This document shows, in pieces, positions 26,792-38,616 of a DNA stretch of 64,000 bases. The stretch lies in assembly GCA_964252035.1 (NCBI GenBank), contig OZ176205.1. The stretch is one strand, 5' to 3'. The stretch's first letter is position 1. Every line of letters starts with the position of its first letter. Made by a program: the position numbers and the translations under genes. Under the pieces are notes generated by a model. It did no database searches. It saw nothing but the letters and a program-made list of their open reading frames with translations, and was not told where the DNA came from. The DNA comes from Podarcis erhardii. Lineage: Eukaryota.

Positions 26792-26925
26792 CCGGGCTGG
26801 GAAATCTGCAACCCTCAAAATGTTGTTGGACTCCAACTCCCTTCCACCCCAACCAGCATGAGCGGTGGTCATGGATGATGGGGCGATAGTTCAGCAACAT
26901 CTGGAATCCACTGTTTTCCCACCCC
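26792..26925. mobile_element. Degenerate short hairpin MITE
   Basis: TGTTGTTGGACTCCAACTCCC..GATGATGGG..TCAGCAACATCTGGA. Confidence 0.5.
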
Positions 26926-27495
26926 TTCTCTCAACTTATCTGTTTATCTCACCATGGTATCTGCTTTTTATTCTGAGGAATATTGTGCATGGACTAAGGG
27001 TCATTTTACACTTGGGTTTGCTACTGGGTGCACACCCACTCAATAGGCAGCCAAAGTCAAATTAGTACTTGCTAAGAAATCTCCAGATATGATGCATGAG
27101 TTGGAAAACACCAGCTTATCTCATTCACACTTTATTGTTTTGGGTGTCCAAGGACAGTGATGAAATGTAGGTGGGTTCCCATGAGGCAAGACACAGCGAT
27201 AACAGCAAGAACCTTTATTGAACTACATAACTGGGAAACAGGGGCAAAGCAACTGTTTATATACATTCCTGTGAGCCTGAACCACTTCCAACGTGATTGG
27301 CTGTCTAAACTTCCAAGCTGCGAATCACGACTCAGAGTTCAAGGGCCAATGGCAGAGGCCCAAATCCTGAAATGTTCCATGATTGGACATCATGTATCAA
27401 ATCAGAATGCAGGAGCTCAGAATCCTTAGTCCAGACTCAAGCTCAGACAAACACAGACCACTAAATGCATAACAGACAGCATCATGGTTCCACAG

Positions 27496-27631
27496 CAGGC
27501 ATAGGCAAACTTGGCCCTCTAGATGTTTTGGGACTACAACTCCCATCACCCCTAGCTAACAGGACCAGTGGACAGGGATGATGGGAGCTGTAGTCCCAAA
27601 ACATCTGGAGGGCTGAGTTTGCCTATGCCTG
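27496..27631. mobile_element. hAT-type MITE, 136 bp
   Basis: 16-bp TIR CAGGCATAGGCAAACT/AGTTTGCCTATGCCTG; 8-bp TSD TTCCACAG/TTCTACAG. Confidence 0.9.
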
Positions 27632-28831
27632 TTCTACAGCCAGAAATTTTAAGATGGGAAGAATTCCTGAAGAAATAAGGAAGCTATTCCTAGTCTGCGA
27701 TCTTATGAGTTACTGGGAAGGAGGGAGAACAGTCAAGTGGTTGTTGCGTTATTAAAGTGAATGAAAATGGTTGTGCTTCTGGCTCTCTACTGTACCTCTG
27801 TTTGAGCTCTACATGTTGCACTTTTCCATTGTACAAGTGGGAACCTGTAGAGATACAGGTTTAGTGCTTCCTCATTGCTCTCAGTAGGACCTTCCTACCC
27901 TTCCTACCAAAGCACGTACTAGTTCCTGCAGGCTATCATGCTCCAAAACCTTACAGAGAATTTTCTTTGTAGGCTGAGCAAATGGTGTAAAAATGCCAGC
28001 AATATGGCATTGGGAAGGAAGGTTGCCTCACTCATCATCTTGGATGTTCTGAGTCCTGCCAAACAGTTGTCCCTGTGCAAAATCTGCACAGCATCCAAAC
28101 TGCCACAGCCATGTTAGCTGGAGAAATAAGTGCATTTCCCCCCAGCAATAAATTGAAAGTTGGCTAAATGTGATATGCCTGAAAGGGTAAGTTAAGTCTT
28201 TTCTTTCTTTCTTTTCATCAGAAGGCAGCTGGATCCCATGCAGTAAATTAACAACATCTGAACATTGGTTGTACTAATAGTGGAAGTCTGGAAATACTAT
28301 TAGCCTCCTTTTATTGATGGAACAAATCTTGACATCACAACACTTAATTGATTCCACACGAAAATCTGAAAAGAGATAGAAGTGAAAATTTATATTATTA
28401 AAATGCTGAGAGTAATTTGGTATCCATATGTGTATAAAACTATGGGGCTGTATAATAAACAAAATGTAATTCCTTTCTATTGTTCTGTCCTATTTTGAAA
28501 GAAAAGAGCCTTAAAGTGCATAATGATAATTGCTAATATGTGTCTGGTCTGAGTTCAAGGTTTTGTGGATGATGTATGACTTGAAACATAAAAGTACACG
28601 AAGGAAAGCCTATCTTGTTATAGTCCTGCTTATGAACTAAGATCTTCCAGGAAGGCCATTAGGAACTAAACATCAGACTTTTTCTATCTGCGCTTTGGAA
28701 CTCCCCGCCCTTTGAAATGTGGCTGTTGACAGTTATTATTCAGACCCTGCCTGGGTTTTTACGCCAGCTTTTGGAACTATTTCTCATGTTCATCTATATA
28801 TTTTTTGGCATGCTAAGTGCAAAATACAATA

Positions 28832-29062
28832 CAGTCATACCTTGGAAGTCGAACAGAATCTGTTCCGGAAGTCTGTTTGACTTCCAAAACATTCAAAAAC
28901 CAAAGCGCAGCTTTTGATTGGCTGCAGGAAGCTCCTGCAGCCAATCGGAAGCCCAGTCAGACGTTCGGCTTCCAAAAACAGTTCACAAACTGAAACACTC
29001 AATTCCAGGTTGGCGGCATTCGGAAGCCAAAACGTTCAAGAACTAAGCTGTTTGAAAACCAA
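28832..29062 (+). mobile_element. Second pogo/Tigger-like MITE family (CAGTCATACCT end), right TIR missing
   Basis: TA-CAGTCATACCTTGGAAGTCG start; central 14-bp hairpin GATTGGCTGCAGGA/TCCTGCAGCCAATC. Confidence 0.7.
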
Positions 29063-32000
29063 TTGTATTAGCAATACAATAAGATTATAGAAATATATAC
29101 ATGTGTGTTTGTGTGTGTGTAATTCTATAATCTTACTGTTTTGATATTGTTCTTTTTATGAAGTTATGTGACCCGCCTTGAAATCTTTGACTTAATCGTG
29201 AGATATATCATCTAAGTAAATAAGGAAATTATAGTGATAATAATTATAACCATAATGATAAAATGGTATATGTTTCTATATTTCTTTAAAACACACACAA
29301 ACATTTTTGGGTGGATCCATAAATCACCTTAAATAGATGGATAGGCTTCTTCCATCCAGAGAGATCTTTTGATCCTGTGAAAGAATTCTACTGGAGGAAC
29401 ATAAGTTTTGCTGATTCTGCCCTCCTTCTGTAGGTCCAGGGCTAATTCCCACACCGCTCCAGAGTGGGAGGTGGAGTTGCAGAGTGGAGAGAGAGGTAGG
29501 AATTGTCAAAAGCTGCCAAAACCAGTCAGAGAGATGTATGGATCCAATCAACTATTCTTAAACATAAGTTTCTGAAAATTTATTTAAAGACATGGGCCAT
29601 AATGTAGATTCAATAGGCAATAGAGCAACAACTTTTCATTAAAATATTGCTCATTGTCTGATTTATGAATACAGTCCTTACTCTGTAACATGCATTATTA
29701 AGACAAACTTTTAGACAAGACAAGACATGAGATGTCTTGTGATTGTAGCACTGATACCTAAACATTCTTAGGAGATACATTTTAATATTTTAAGAATTTA
29801 ACTATTAGATGAGGGTTGATAATTCATTTTCACAAAGGAAATCCGTGCCATATTTTTATTGATATTATTTATCAAATTTACTTCCAAATCACAAAGGTTG
29901 TGTGATTTCCTTGGAGCAATAAAAGCTTTCATTTTAGCTAAATTTATTAGAGATCATTAGTACAAATTCATTATAAATTATTTCCAGGTTTCATACACGG
30001 TTTACCTATACAACACATTTTCTGTATGAAAAGTTAGCAAAGATAGTATTAATATTAGTTCTGGAAAATGTCCCACAGTTAGTTACACTCTGATATAATC
30101 CCCACCATTTTATATTTACTATTTACTCTTTGTGACTCTTTGTGTTTAAATGTAAGCTTCATCTGCACCTATTAAACCAAGAGGATCAGGTTTTTTTCCT
30201 TGTGAGCTATGCTAATTTGAAGCATAATTTAAAATAGATGGATTGCCATCCTCATACTCCTGTATTAAGTGTCATTAATTATGCTGAAAGGTACATGAAT
30301 TCTTAATAATTACCTAATTATAAGTCACCCTAATGCTTTTTCTATGACAGGATTTTCCCTTAAAATGTAATTTCTGCTTAATGCACATCTTGAACCCTGT
30401 GTTATTGATATATCCATAGTGATTATTGCAAGAAAATTTATACTACAGATTATATTTTCTGTATGACATGGGTTAAGTTAACAAAAGGAGCTCAATTATA
30501 AAGGTGGGGTTTTTTTTGGGGGGGGGGTAGAGAGCAATTAGAGTAAAACTTGAAAGTCAACTATAGTTTCAAAATATCACATACCCACATCAATCAGCAC
30601 TTTCTTTTATTGGCTAAGAACACTTGGTTAATTATTCCACACACTTATAAACACTTTGCAATGAAGGCTTGCAGAGAGGGTTTCACCTGCCCTCTCCAAA
30701 ACTGTGGAATGCCCCTACCCTTGCCAAAATTTAAACATTTTCCAGATGTTTTGTGGGGTATGGCTCTAGGCAACATTATAGCTGGCATATTCATAGACTG
30801 AAAATATATATTCTGAATTTTCAAGGCTGGCAGATTGGGGTGGGGGAGTCTCCAGGATGACACAAAACTAAGATTGTACCGTTGGGGCCAGACCAAGACT
30901 CTCTGCTACCCAAAGTGGACAGAATAGTGCCCCTTTTTTATTACACCCATCCCTCCTTCTATCCGGAATGGCAGTAGGGTCTTACTTTGAGAGTGGTAAC
31001 AGAACAGTGTCCTCTGTTGCAGAGAAGACAACTCTGTCCTCTCTGTTAGAGTTCCTGCTCCATGATTGCAGTCATGGGATTCTTGTCTTTCACATGACGT
31101 TATATGTTTTGACTCCACAGAGTGCGAAGTGATGGAGACAGGATGTTTGTGTTACTGTGTTCCATGAAGTGGGACTATTGTCCTTTGTTCCTTTTCTCTT
31201 TGCTGTCTGATGCTAGAGAGAGAGGGAGCCATGTTACAGTGCTCCGTGTGTGCTTATAAAGTAGATTAGCCAAAATGCCGAGTTGCTGAGGTCTGTCACG
31301 CAAGTTGCGAAGACTCTGCAGATCTCTAAGTGTGCCAATGTCTGCTGGCATCAGTCGCTGTGATGTTCGAGCTGAAGAAAGCTCTTGAAGCTCCCGAACG
31401 AAAGACCAGGAGGGAGAGAACATGCCAGTTGGGCATGTGTCTCTACCAGTGTCCTACTGTCATGCCTCAATGTTCTTCCACACCCGTTAGCATCTGCTGC
31501 ATGAGGCGGCTTCCTCACTCTTACCACTGGTAGGGCCGCCCTTAGCTGCAATCCCCAAACAGTGGGACGTTTCACATGAGCAAAGTTATCTGACAGAAGG
31601 AAGGATTGATTAAGTTGGCCAAGACCCAAGGCCTTTTCATGTCCAAGGTGAAAATTCACATGATGTCTCCCCCATGATGGCAAGTCATGGGGAACAGTAA
31701 ACACAATCCTTGCATTGGAATGTGTGTTGTCTACATACATTGGGAACTTGTCTGTGAAGAGGAAGCCTGACATGTCAGCTGTCCTTCATCCAGCTCATGG
31801 GGGCAACTGACATGCATTTGGCAGGGTTCTTTTCCACAGATGTGACCTCAATTCATGGACAGTATGGGGGTAGCCATGGCAGGCGATGCAGAGCTATGCC
31901 GCCCAGTTCATTAGCCTACCAGGCCTATCAGCGTATCATTCCTGACTAAGCTTCTGCAGCCATGAAGGCTTTGGTGCCTGTGAAACATTTGCCATTACCG

Positions 32001-32754
32001 ATCTAACAGAAGTTGTTTCATTTAAATCTTGTAACGCAGATGGGGAGAATGCAAACTTCGTCTCATCCAGCACGATGGGCCTTTTGTCATCTTGGCATGC
32101 CATATTTGAGAGGAATACTCTTTCAGCTCTCATTTGTGCTGTCATCGGTGTCACTGAAGCAGGCAATTCCCAAGTCGACCATTATCGTTCATTGGCAATT
32201 TATATGGGTAAAATGGGATATATCTATATATTTCTAAGAAACATTTAGGGCACTTTTTGTGGTTTTAGAGAGATGAAAGAGCTGTTAAATTAAAGAATGG
32301 CACATATAGATTTACAGGGAAATAGTGGATAGTGGATAAACAAAACCCAAACTGGTAACACAGCTTTCAGTTTCAGACCACCATTGCTGTTGGTTGTAGC
32401 CACTAATAGCCTTGTACTTGTGCTTCCTTCTGCTCAGCATGAGGTCTGTCCCCCCACAAACCTTGATGCAAACTAATGTTTACATTTCTGTCGGGGACAT
32501 TAGTCCTTAATTCTGCTCCATTTTTATTTTTATCTTTTAAATCAGAATATAGTCCCTAGTTTTTCCCCAGCAAAAGGACAGATTTTAATGGAGGGAGTAC
32601 ATAGTCCAACCCTCAGTTCTGTCCAAGAATGGCTGAAGACCTCTGGAGAGAGGCAGCTCAGTCGTTGGTGATACATATGCATTATTAGGGACACACAAAT
32701 TTGCCCTTTTTTTTTTTTTTTTTGCTTTCTATTAGCTTATCATTTTTTTCCAAT

Positions 32755-33111
32755 TTATATTTCAGTTCTCTACATTTCTGCATCAATTTGTTTTTTTTTA
32801 AATCCCTTAATTTTTTCTCCACCATTAATTTTTTCTCCACGTTTTAGTTTCAATTTCTCCTAATATACATATTTTTATATGCAATTTTGCTAAATATACA
32901 TTTTTTTGGCGTTCAATTTCCCCAAATGCAATACTGTTTTCACTCACATATGCACACTTGCATTTATCTGGCTGGAAAATTTGCATTGCAAAATTCGGAG
33001 AATTGCATATTCTGATGGATGTCCGTGTTTCTGCCTGCATACTGTGTCAGAACATGAAAATTAGGTAGGTTTGCTGAGGTGTGAACTGAATCAGATTTCT
33101 TCCCCATCCCT
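32755..33111 (-). mobile_element. AT-rich interspersed repeat (AGGGATGGGG..GATTCAGTT family)
   Basis: Similar segments at 34901-35345 (opposite strand) and about 37870-38165. Confidence 0.5.
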
Positions 33112-34739
33112 TTGTATAACCCAGTCAGATAACTAACAGTAGCAGCAGCTGGCTGTTCAGGAGGAGTGGAGACCTGGATGTAGTCTTCCCTAGTCTCTTG
33201 CTGCCTACCAGTTGACTAGATGAATAACAACTTATCTGATAGTGCTGAGTGCAAAGAGCTCCTACTACTGCTTGCCCGCACTACTGCACCTTGAATTGAT
33301 GGAGAGGGTGGCGGGTTTTGTATTCCATTCTAAGGCCCAGAGAACTGCTGAGAAGGGAAATTATGTCACTCCCACCATCATTTATTACAGTGTTATTTTG
33401 TTTTATATGCACTATTGGTGTTGTCAAGCAGACAACACCGCTATCTAGATGGATTATATATGTTTTCCATCTTACCCTTATCACCAGGGCTTCAGTGTTC
33501 CTTGCAAGACCTAAACAAAAAACCCCAAACTGATGGTTCATTCGGAGCAGCTTCTTTCCACGTCTTCCTGCCAAACAACAGTGTAGATGTGATTCATCTA
33601 TAGGAAAAACACACACACAGACAGACACATTTAATGCATGCAGACATGTCCAAAGATATAAATTGTGTTCACAATAAGGGGGGCATGGACAACAGAGGGG
33701 ATATAAAGCATGCCAAAATGGAGAAAATAAAGGCATATCCAGAATTAGGAGGGATCTATTCTACAACGCTCCTTCCCCAGGCAAACAATTCTGTTTTTGA
33801 AAGAAGACTTCATTTTTAAAAGTAATATGGGCCAGGATTATCCAAAGTGTGCCTTAGGCCTATGTAATTCTAGGAACATACCTGAACTCCCACATTCTTT
33901 TCTAAATTGTAGATTCCTCTGTCATTTTGCAAACCTGTCTTAAAGGTCTCCCGAGTCTTGGGAATAAGGGATTTTAAGGTGCCCTGTATGCATGATGGAG
34001 GGATTTTAGAATACCTTTTATTGTATGAAGAATCTCCACCTCATGGAGGTTTTCGGCTCCAGCATTGCAATGCACAAAATGCGTTTCTTGAGAACTGGAG
34101 TTTTCACTCGTTGCAAGAGCTATTTTAAGAGCAAACATTAAGAACTGGCAAGTGCTTCTTGGCTTGCTAAATACCAGACAGTACAATCACATCTCATGAA
34201 TGCAGGTCTTTCAGCACATGAAATCCTTTAAAACAGATTTTACCGCGTGCTCAGCTGGGTGGCTTGTAAAAACATGATTTTCATTCACAAATGGATTAGA
34301 GCTGCTTCACACTGGAGTTATGCTGCTGCTTGAAGATGTGATGTGAGTCTCTAAATGTGCAGTGGGCATCTGCCAGAGAGGAACAGCCATTTGGTGCTTT
34401 TGTGGGGTATATCCACTTCATATTTCTGGGTGTTTGGGGATACATGTTGTCCCCTCTGGCACATCATGTATCACATGCCTGCACTATGTATGGTGTTTGC
34501 TGTGCCATATGTTGCATCATTTCTAAGGTTATTTTGACTCTGGGCTCAGCTACATTAGTCAAAAAACAGTGTTTTCAATGTGTTATAAACATGCATCACC
34601 AGATGGTGTTATAGAGCAAAAAAAATTCTTTGTGGTTTTCTATAGCGGTTTTTTTCTTTTGTTATAACAATTTAATTTCTGACTTATTTATAGTGGTTCT
34701 TTCCCATGTGTGTAGATCCCCCCTCCCCCTTCCCCCTCT

Positions 34740-34741
<2 letters not shown>

Positions 34742-34781
<40 letters not shown>
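34742..34781. repeat. (GT)n microsatellite
   Basis: Direct reading. Confidence 0.97.
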
Positions 34782-34783
<2 letters not shown>

Positions 34784-34900
34784 GCATCTTTATCCTTAGA
34801 ATCATGCATTGTATTGCAATGAATCCAAAATATTCAGAATCCTAATTCAAGAGCAGTATGATCACCCATAGGAATGCAGGGAGCTGTCTTATACCAGTAC

Positions 34901-35345
34901 TAGGGATGGGATGGAAAAATTGGATCCAGTCTGCATTTGAAAGTGAAGTTACTTAATCTGTACTTTCTGAAAGAATGCACCAACCAAAACACAGAGGTCC
35001 TATGAAATTCGCAATCCTCTGAATTTTTCAGTTCAGTTCTCCAGCCAAGTAATGTGCACAAAAGTGTATAGAGTGGTACCTCGGGTTACGTACTTAATTC
35101 GTTCCAGAGGTCTGTACTTAACCTGAAACTGTTCTTAACCTGAAGCACCACTTTAGCTAATGGGCCTCCTGCTGCAGCCACACAGCCGGAGCATGATTTC
35201 TGTTCTCATCCTGAAGCAAAGTTCTTAACCTGAAGCACTATTTCTGGGTTAGCAGAGGCTGTAACCTGAAGCATATGTAACCTGAAGCGTATGTAACCCG
35301 AGGTACCACTGTACATTGGGGTAAAGTGTGCATAAGAACAAATAT
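34901..35345 (+). mobile_element. AGGGATGGG-family repeat interrupted by a MITE
   Basis: Starts TAGGGATGGGATGG; the sequence resumes after the MITE at a TA. Confidence 0.5.
35071..35311 (+). mobile_element. CAGTGGTACCTCGGGTT-family MITE nested in an older repeat
   Basis: TIRs and TA flanks; interrupts repeat 34901-35345. Confidence 0.88.
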
Positions 35346-35707
35346 GTTGATGAAGACAACATACCAATGTGTAGTGGGGTGGGTCTGAAGAAGATATTAG
35401 GCCAAAAGGCCAAGAAATAAAAAAATATATAATGTAAAGAAAACTTGAAAATGAGATCTAGTCCAAAGGATAAAATATACAATCAAGGGTGAGTGTGACC
35501 TCCTTCCAAACTTGTGATGATGTGATAAAGTGACATGAAAAATTATGTGATTATTCAGAAAGGGACAACTGCTTTCTGTAGTGAACTGGCCACATCCAGG
35601 CAAGAGAGTGTGAAACATACAAATTAATTATTACTGATTATGTTGATTATGTTGACATTGCAGAAGAAAGAAAGGAGGTCAAATTTTATTGAGCTAGCTT
35701 CTGAATA

Positions 35708-36068
35708 AAGGTAAAGGACCCCTGACAGTTAAGTCCAGTCGCGAAGAACTCTGGGGTTGTGGCGCTCAGCTCGCTTTACTGGCCAAGGGAGCTGATATTT
35801 GTCTGCAGACAGTTTTTCTGAGTCATGTGGCCAGCATGACTAAGCTGCTTCTGGTGAAACCAGAGCAGTGCACAGAAACGCCGTTTACCTTCCCGCCGGA
35901 GCACTACCTAATTATCTACTTGCACTTTGATGTGCTTTCGAACTGCTAGGTTGGCAGGAACTGGGACCGACCAATGGGAGCTCACCCCGTCACGGGGATT
36001 TGAACTGCCGACCTTCCAATTGGCAAGCCCTAGGCTCAGTGGTTTAGACCACAGCACCACCCGCTTCC
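35708..36068 (-). mobile_element. Sauria SINE
   Basis: (ACCTTT)-type tail at left, tRNA-like head at right; 13-bp TSD TAGCTTCTGAATA/TAGCATCTGAATA. Confidence 0.92.
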
Positions 36069-37774
36069 TAGCATCTGAATACTGCAGGCTAAAAAAGAGA
36101 AAAGGACTTAACTGAAACCTGAGATGCAGAAATGTTAGGCAAAAATTGGGGAATGTGCCTTAAGATGACATTTGCCTTGCAGTAACCCAAATTTTAACAT
36201 GCAACATTGCTGTAACCTGTACAAGGCAATTCAGATGCAACACAGACCTCTAGCTAAGCTGTAGGCCATTTCCCCTTTTCAGCTACTTCCATGAAGCCTC
36301 ATTTGCAAGCTTCAGTTCATCCGTTCAGCACAATTCTTTTTTATCGTCTTGATTCTGCATTTCACTGAGAACTGAATCGCTTCTTGTCAAGTCTAGCTCC
36401 TTTCCTTGGGTTCATAATAACAGTTAATTTAGTGCAAAGTAAAATGGTAATTGAAATCAGTTTAAATAATTGTTGCAGTGCATTTAAGTAAGAGAAAATA
36501 TGTTTCACTATGACGGGGGGGGAGGCAATTTTATTCAGGGAATATATAACAATTAACCATAATAGTCCCTCATTTTATTAAATGGATTTCCCTCGAGACG
36601 ACACATTAGGCTCTGACAGTGTGTCAGAATAGTCAAGAATGTAGGGAAATGAGATTTCAGCCTTGATACTCTTGGTTGAGTCCTTTATGGGCTATATCAC
36701 ATTCGACACTCGGACCAAAAGGGTCAAGCCTGAAGAGACGTTATTGCTTGGGATGTATGAAGAAGGAGCATTCTAACTCCTTGAGCATTTCCCCCTTTTT
36801 CTGTTAAATATGCAGTATAATCTCACTTCTTTTGGAATGCCATAGCAGCATGTTGAATTACCTGTGGTCTATTCCTAATTGCAAGTTATTACCACGGATC
36901 TCAAAGAGGGATGACATTGCTCTCCAAGCAGAAGAGAGTGGAATAGATGATGGGGAACTCAAGTCTTCACTTTACATTTCTGTCCCCCCCCCTGTGCATT
37001 TTAAATTACAGCAGAAAGATCAATTGACGCTTTTATCTATTATTAAGAACTTAATGGATCTGCAGCTCTCTGTTGATTATGTTTGAGGTAAGATGAGGGG
37101 ATTTTCAGCAGAAGGTATGTTACTTAACAGCTGTCATTTATTAAAGATTTACTAATGAAAGAAACCCGACATCGTGGTAGCTGACGTGGTTTTCAAGCAG
37201 CTTCTCTTCAGACCTCTAAGCCGCTGGGTTACATTTTAGAAGGGATCTCCAACAGACCCCCCCACCAAATGAAGAAAAGAAAAGCATCATTTTGCATTGT
37301 GGATTACCTTTGGTTTTGTTTCAGTGGAGTCTGCAACAGGGCATCAGTTTCCATCCCAACCCACATCCATCGTGTGCAGTGCTGTTTTCATTCCGCTGAA
37401 TGAAGTTCTGTTTCTGGCAAAAATGATTGTCAGAGAAGCTGAAGGAAGTCCAAAAAGAGATAAATTTGTGAAAATTTGGATAAGATTGTATATTTGTGTT
37501 GAAAATTAATAAAAATATTTTTTTAAAAAATGACATTATTTGACTCACTGTCAGCTATGGTGGACTTTTGTGTTAAGTTATTACATTATCCTACCTCAAT
37601 AGAAAATCTGGTTGCCTGAACTTCGTGCTCTAAAAAAATCAACCCATGGGCGGAGTTATTCCCAGGCTTTAAATGAAGGATCCTCTTAGTGGTGCAGCAA
37701 TCAAACTGTGAACACATTTTTGCAAAAGCTAAGCAAGGTCAGGGTGGTTTCAGATCAGATGGGGAATTACATGC

Positions 37775-37851
37775 TAAGATTCCTGCATTGTAGGGGGTTG
37801 GGCTCAACGACCCTCAGAGAACCTTCCAGCTACAATTCTATGATTCTATGA
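37775..37851 (+). mobile_element. CR1 LINE 3' end
   Basis: Ends in (ATTCTATG)2, the CR1 tail octamer. Confidence 0.75.
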
Positions 37852-38264
37852 AGTATCAATACCCAGGATTCTGTCGATTTCAGTTCTCTATTTTTCTAAT
37901 TTTCCCAGTATTAAGGTCAGTCTCTGCATTTCTGCAGCAATTTTCATGTTAATGAAATCCTCATGTAAACCTCTCTGTATTTTAGTGTAAATTCCTCCTC
38001 ATAAACACGTTTTTGTATGCAGCTTTTTTGTACACATGTTTGTAAGCCATTTCCCCACATGTGTGCCTAAATAGTGTTATTTTAATGAATGGTTGCATTT
38101 TTGAATATTTGCATTTTTGCACATACAAAAATGTATGTACCCTTCAAAATTCACACACCTAATTTTGCAATGATTATATTGTCCTTTAAATATATAAAGC
38201 ACTGCGCATGCTGACTAATCTTTGGTGTTTATGTGTGTGTTTTGTGTTTATTCCATGCATACTA

Positions 38265-38616
38265 AAGGTAAAGGACTGTTAGGTCCAGTCGTGGACGACT
38301 CTGGGGTTGCGGCGCTCATCTCACTTTACTGGCCAAGGGAGCCGGCGTTTGTCCACAGACAGCATCTGGGTCATGTGGCCAGCATGACTAAGCTGCTTCT
38401 GGCAAACCAGAGCAGCGAACGGAAACGCTGTTTACCTTCCCGCTGCAGCAGTACTTATTTATCTACTTGCATTTTGACGTGCTTTCGAACTGCTAGGTTG
38501 GCAGGAGCTGGGACCGAGCAACCGGAGCTCACACCGTCGCAGGGATTCGAACCGCCGACCTTCTGATCGGCAAGCCCAAGGCTCAGTGGTTTAGACCACT
38601 GCACCACCCGCATCCC
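38265..38616 (-). mobile_element. Sauria SINE
   Basis: Intact box B GGTTCGAATCC on the minus strand; exact 14-bp TSD TTCCATGCATACTA. Confidence 0.94.
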
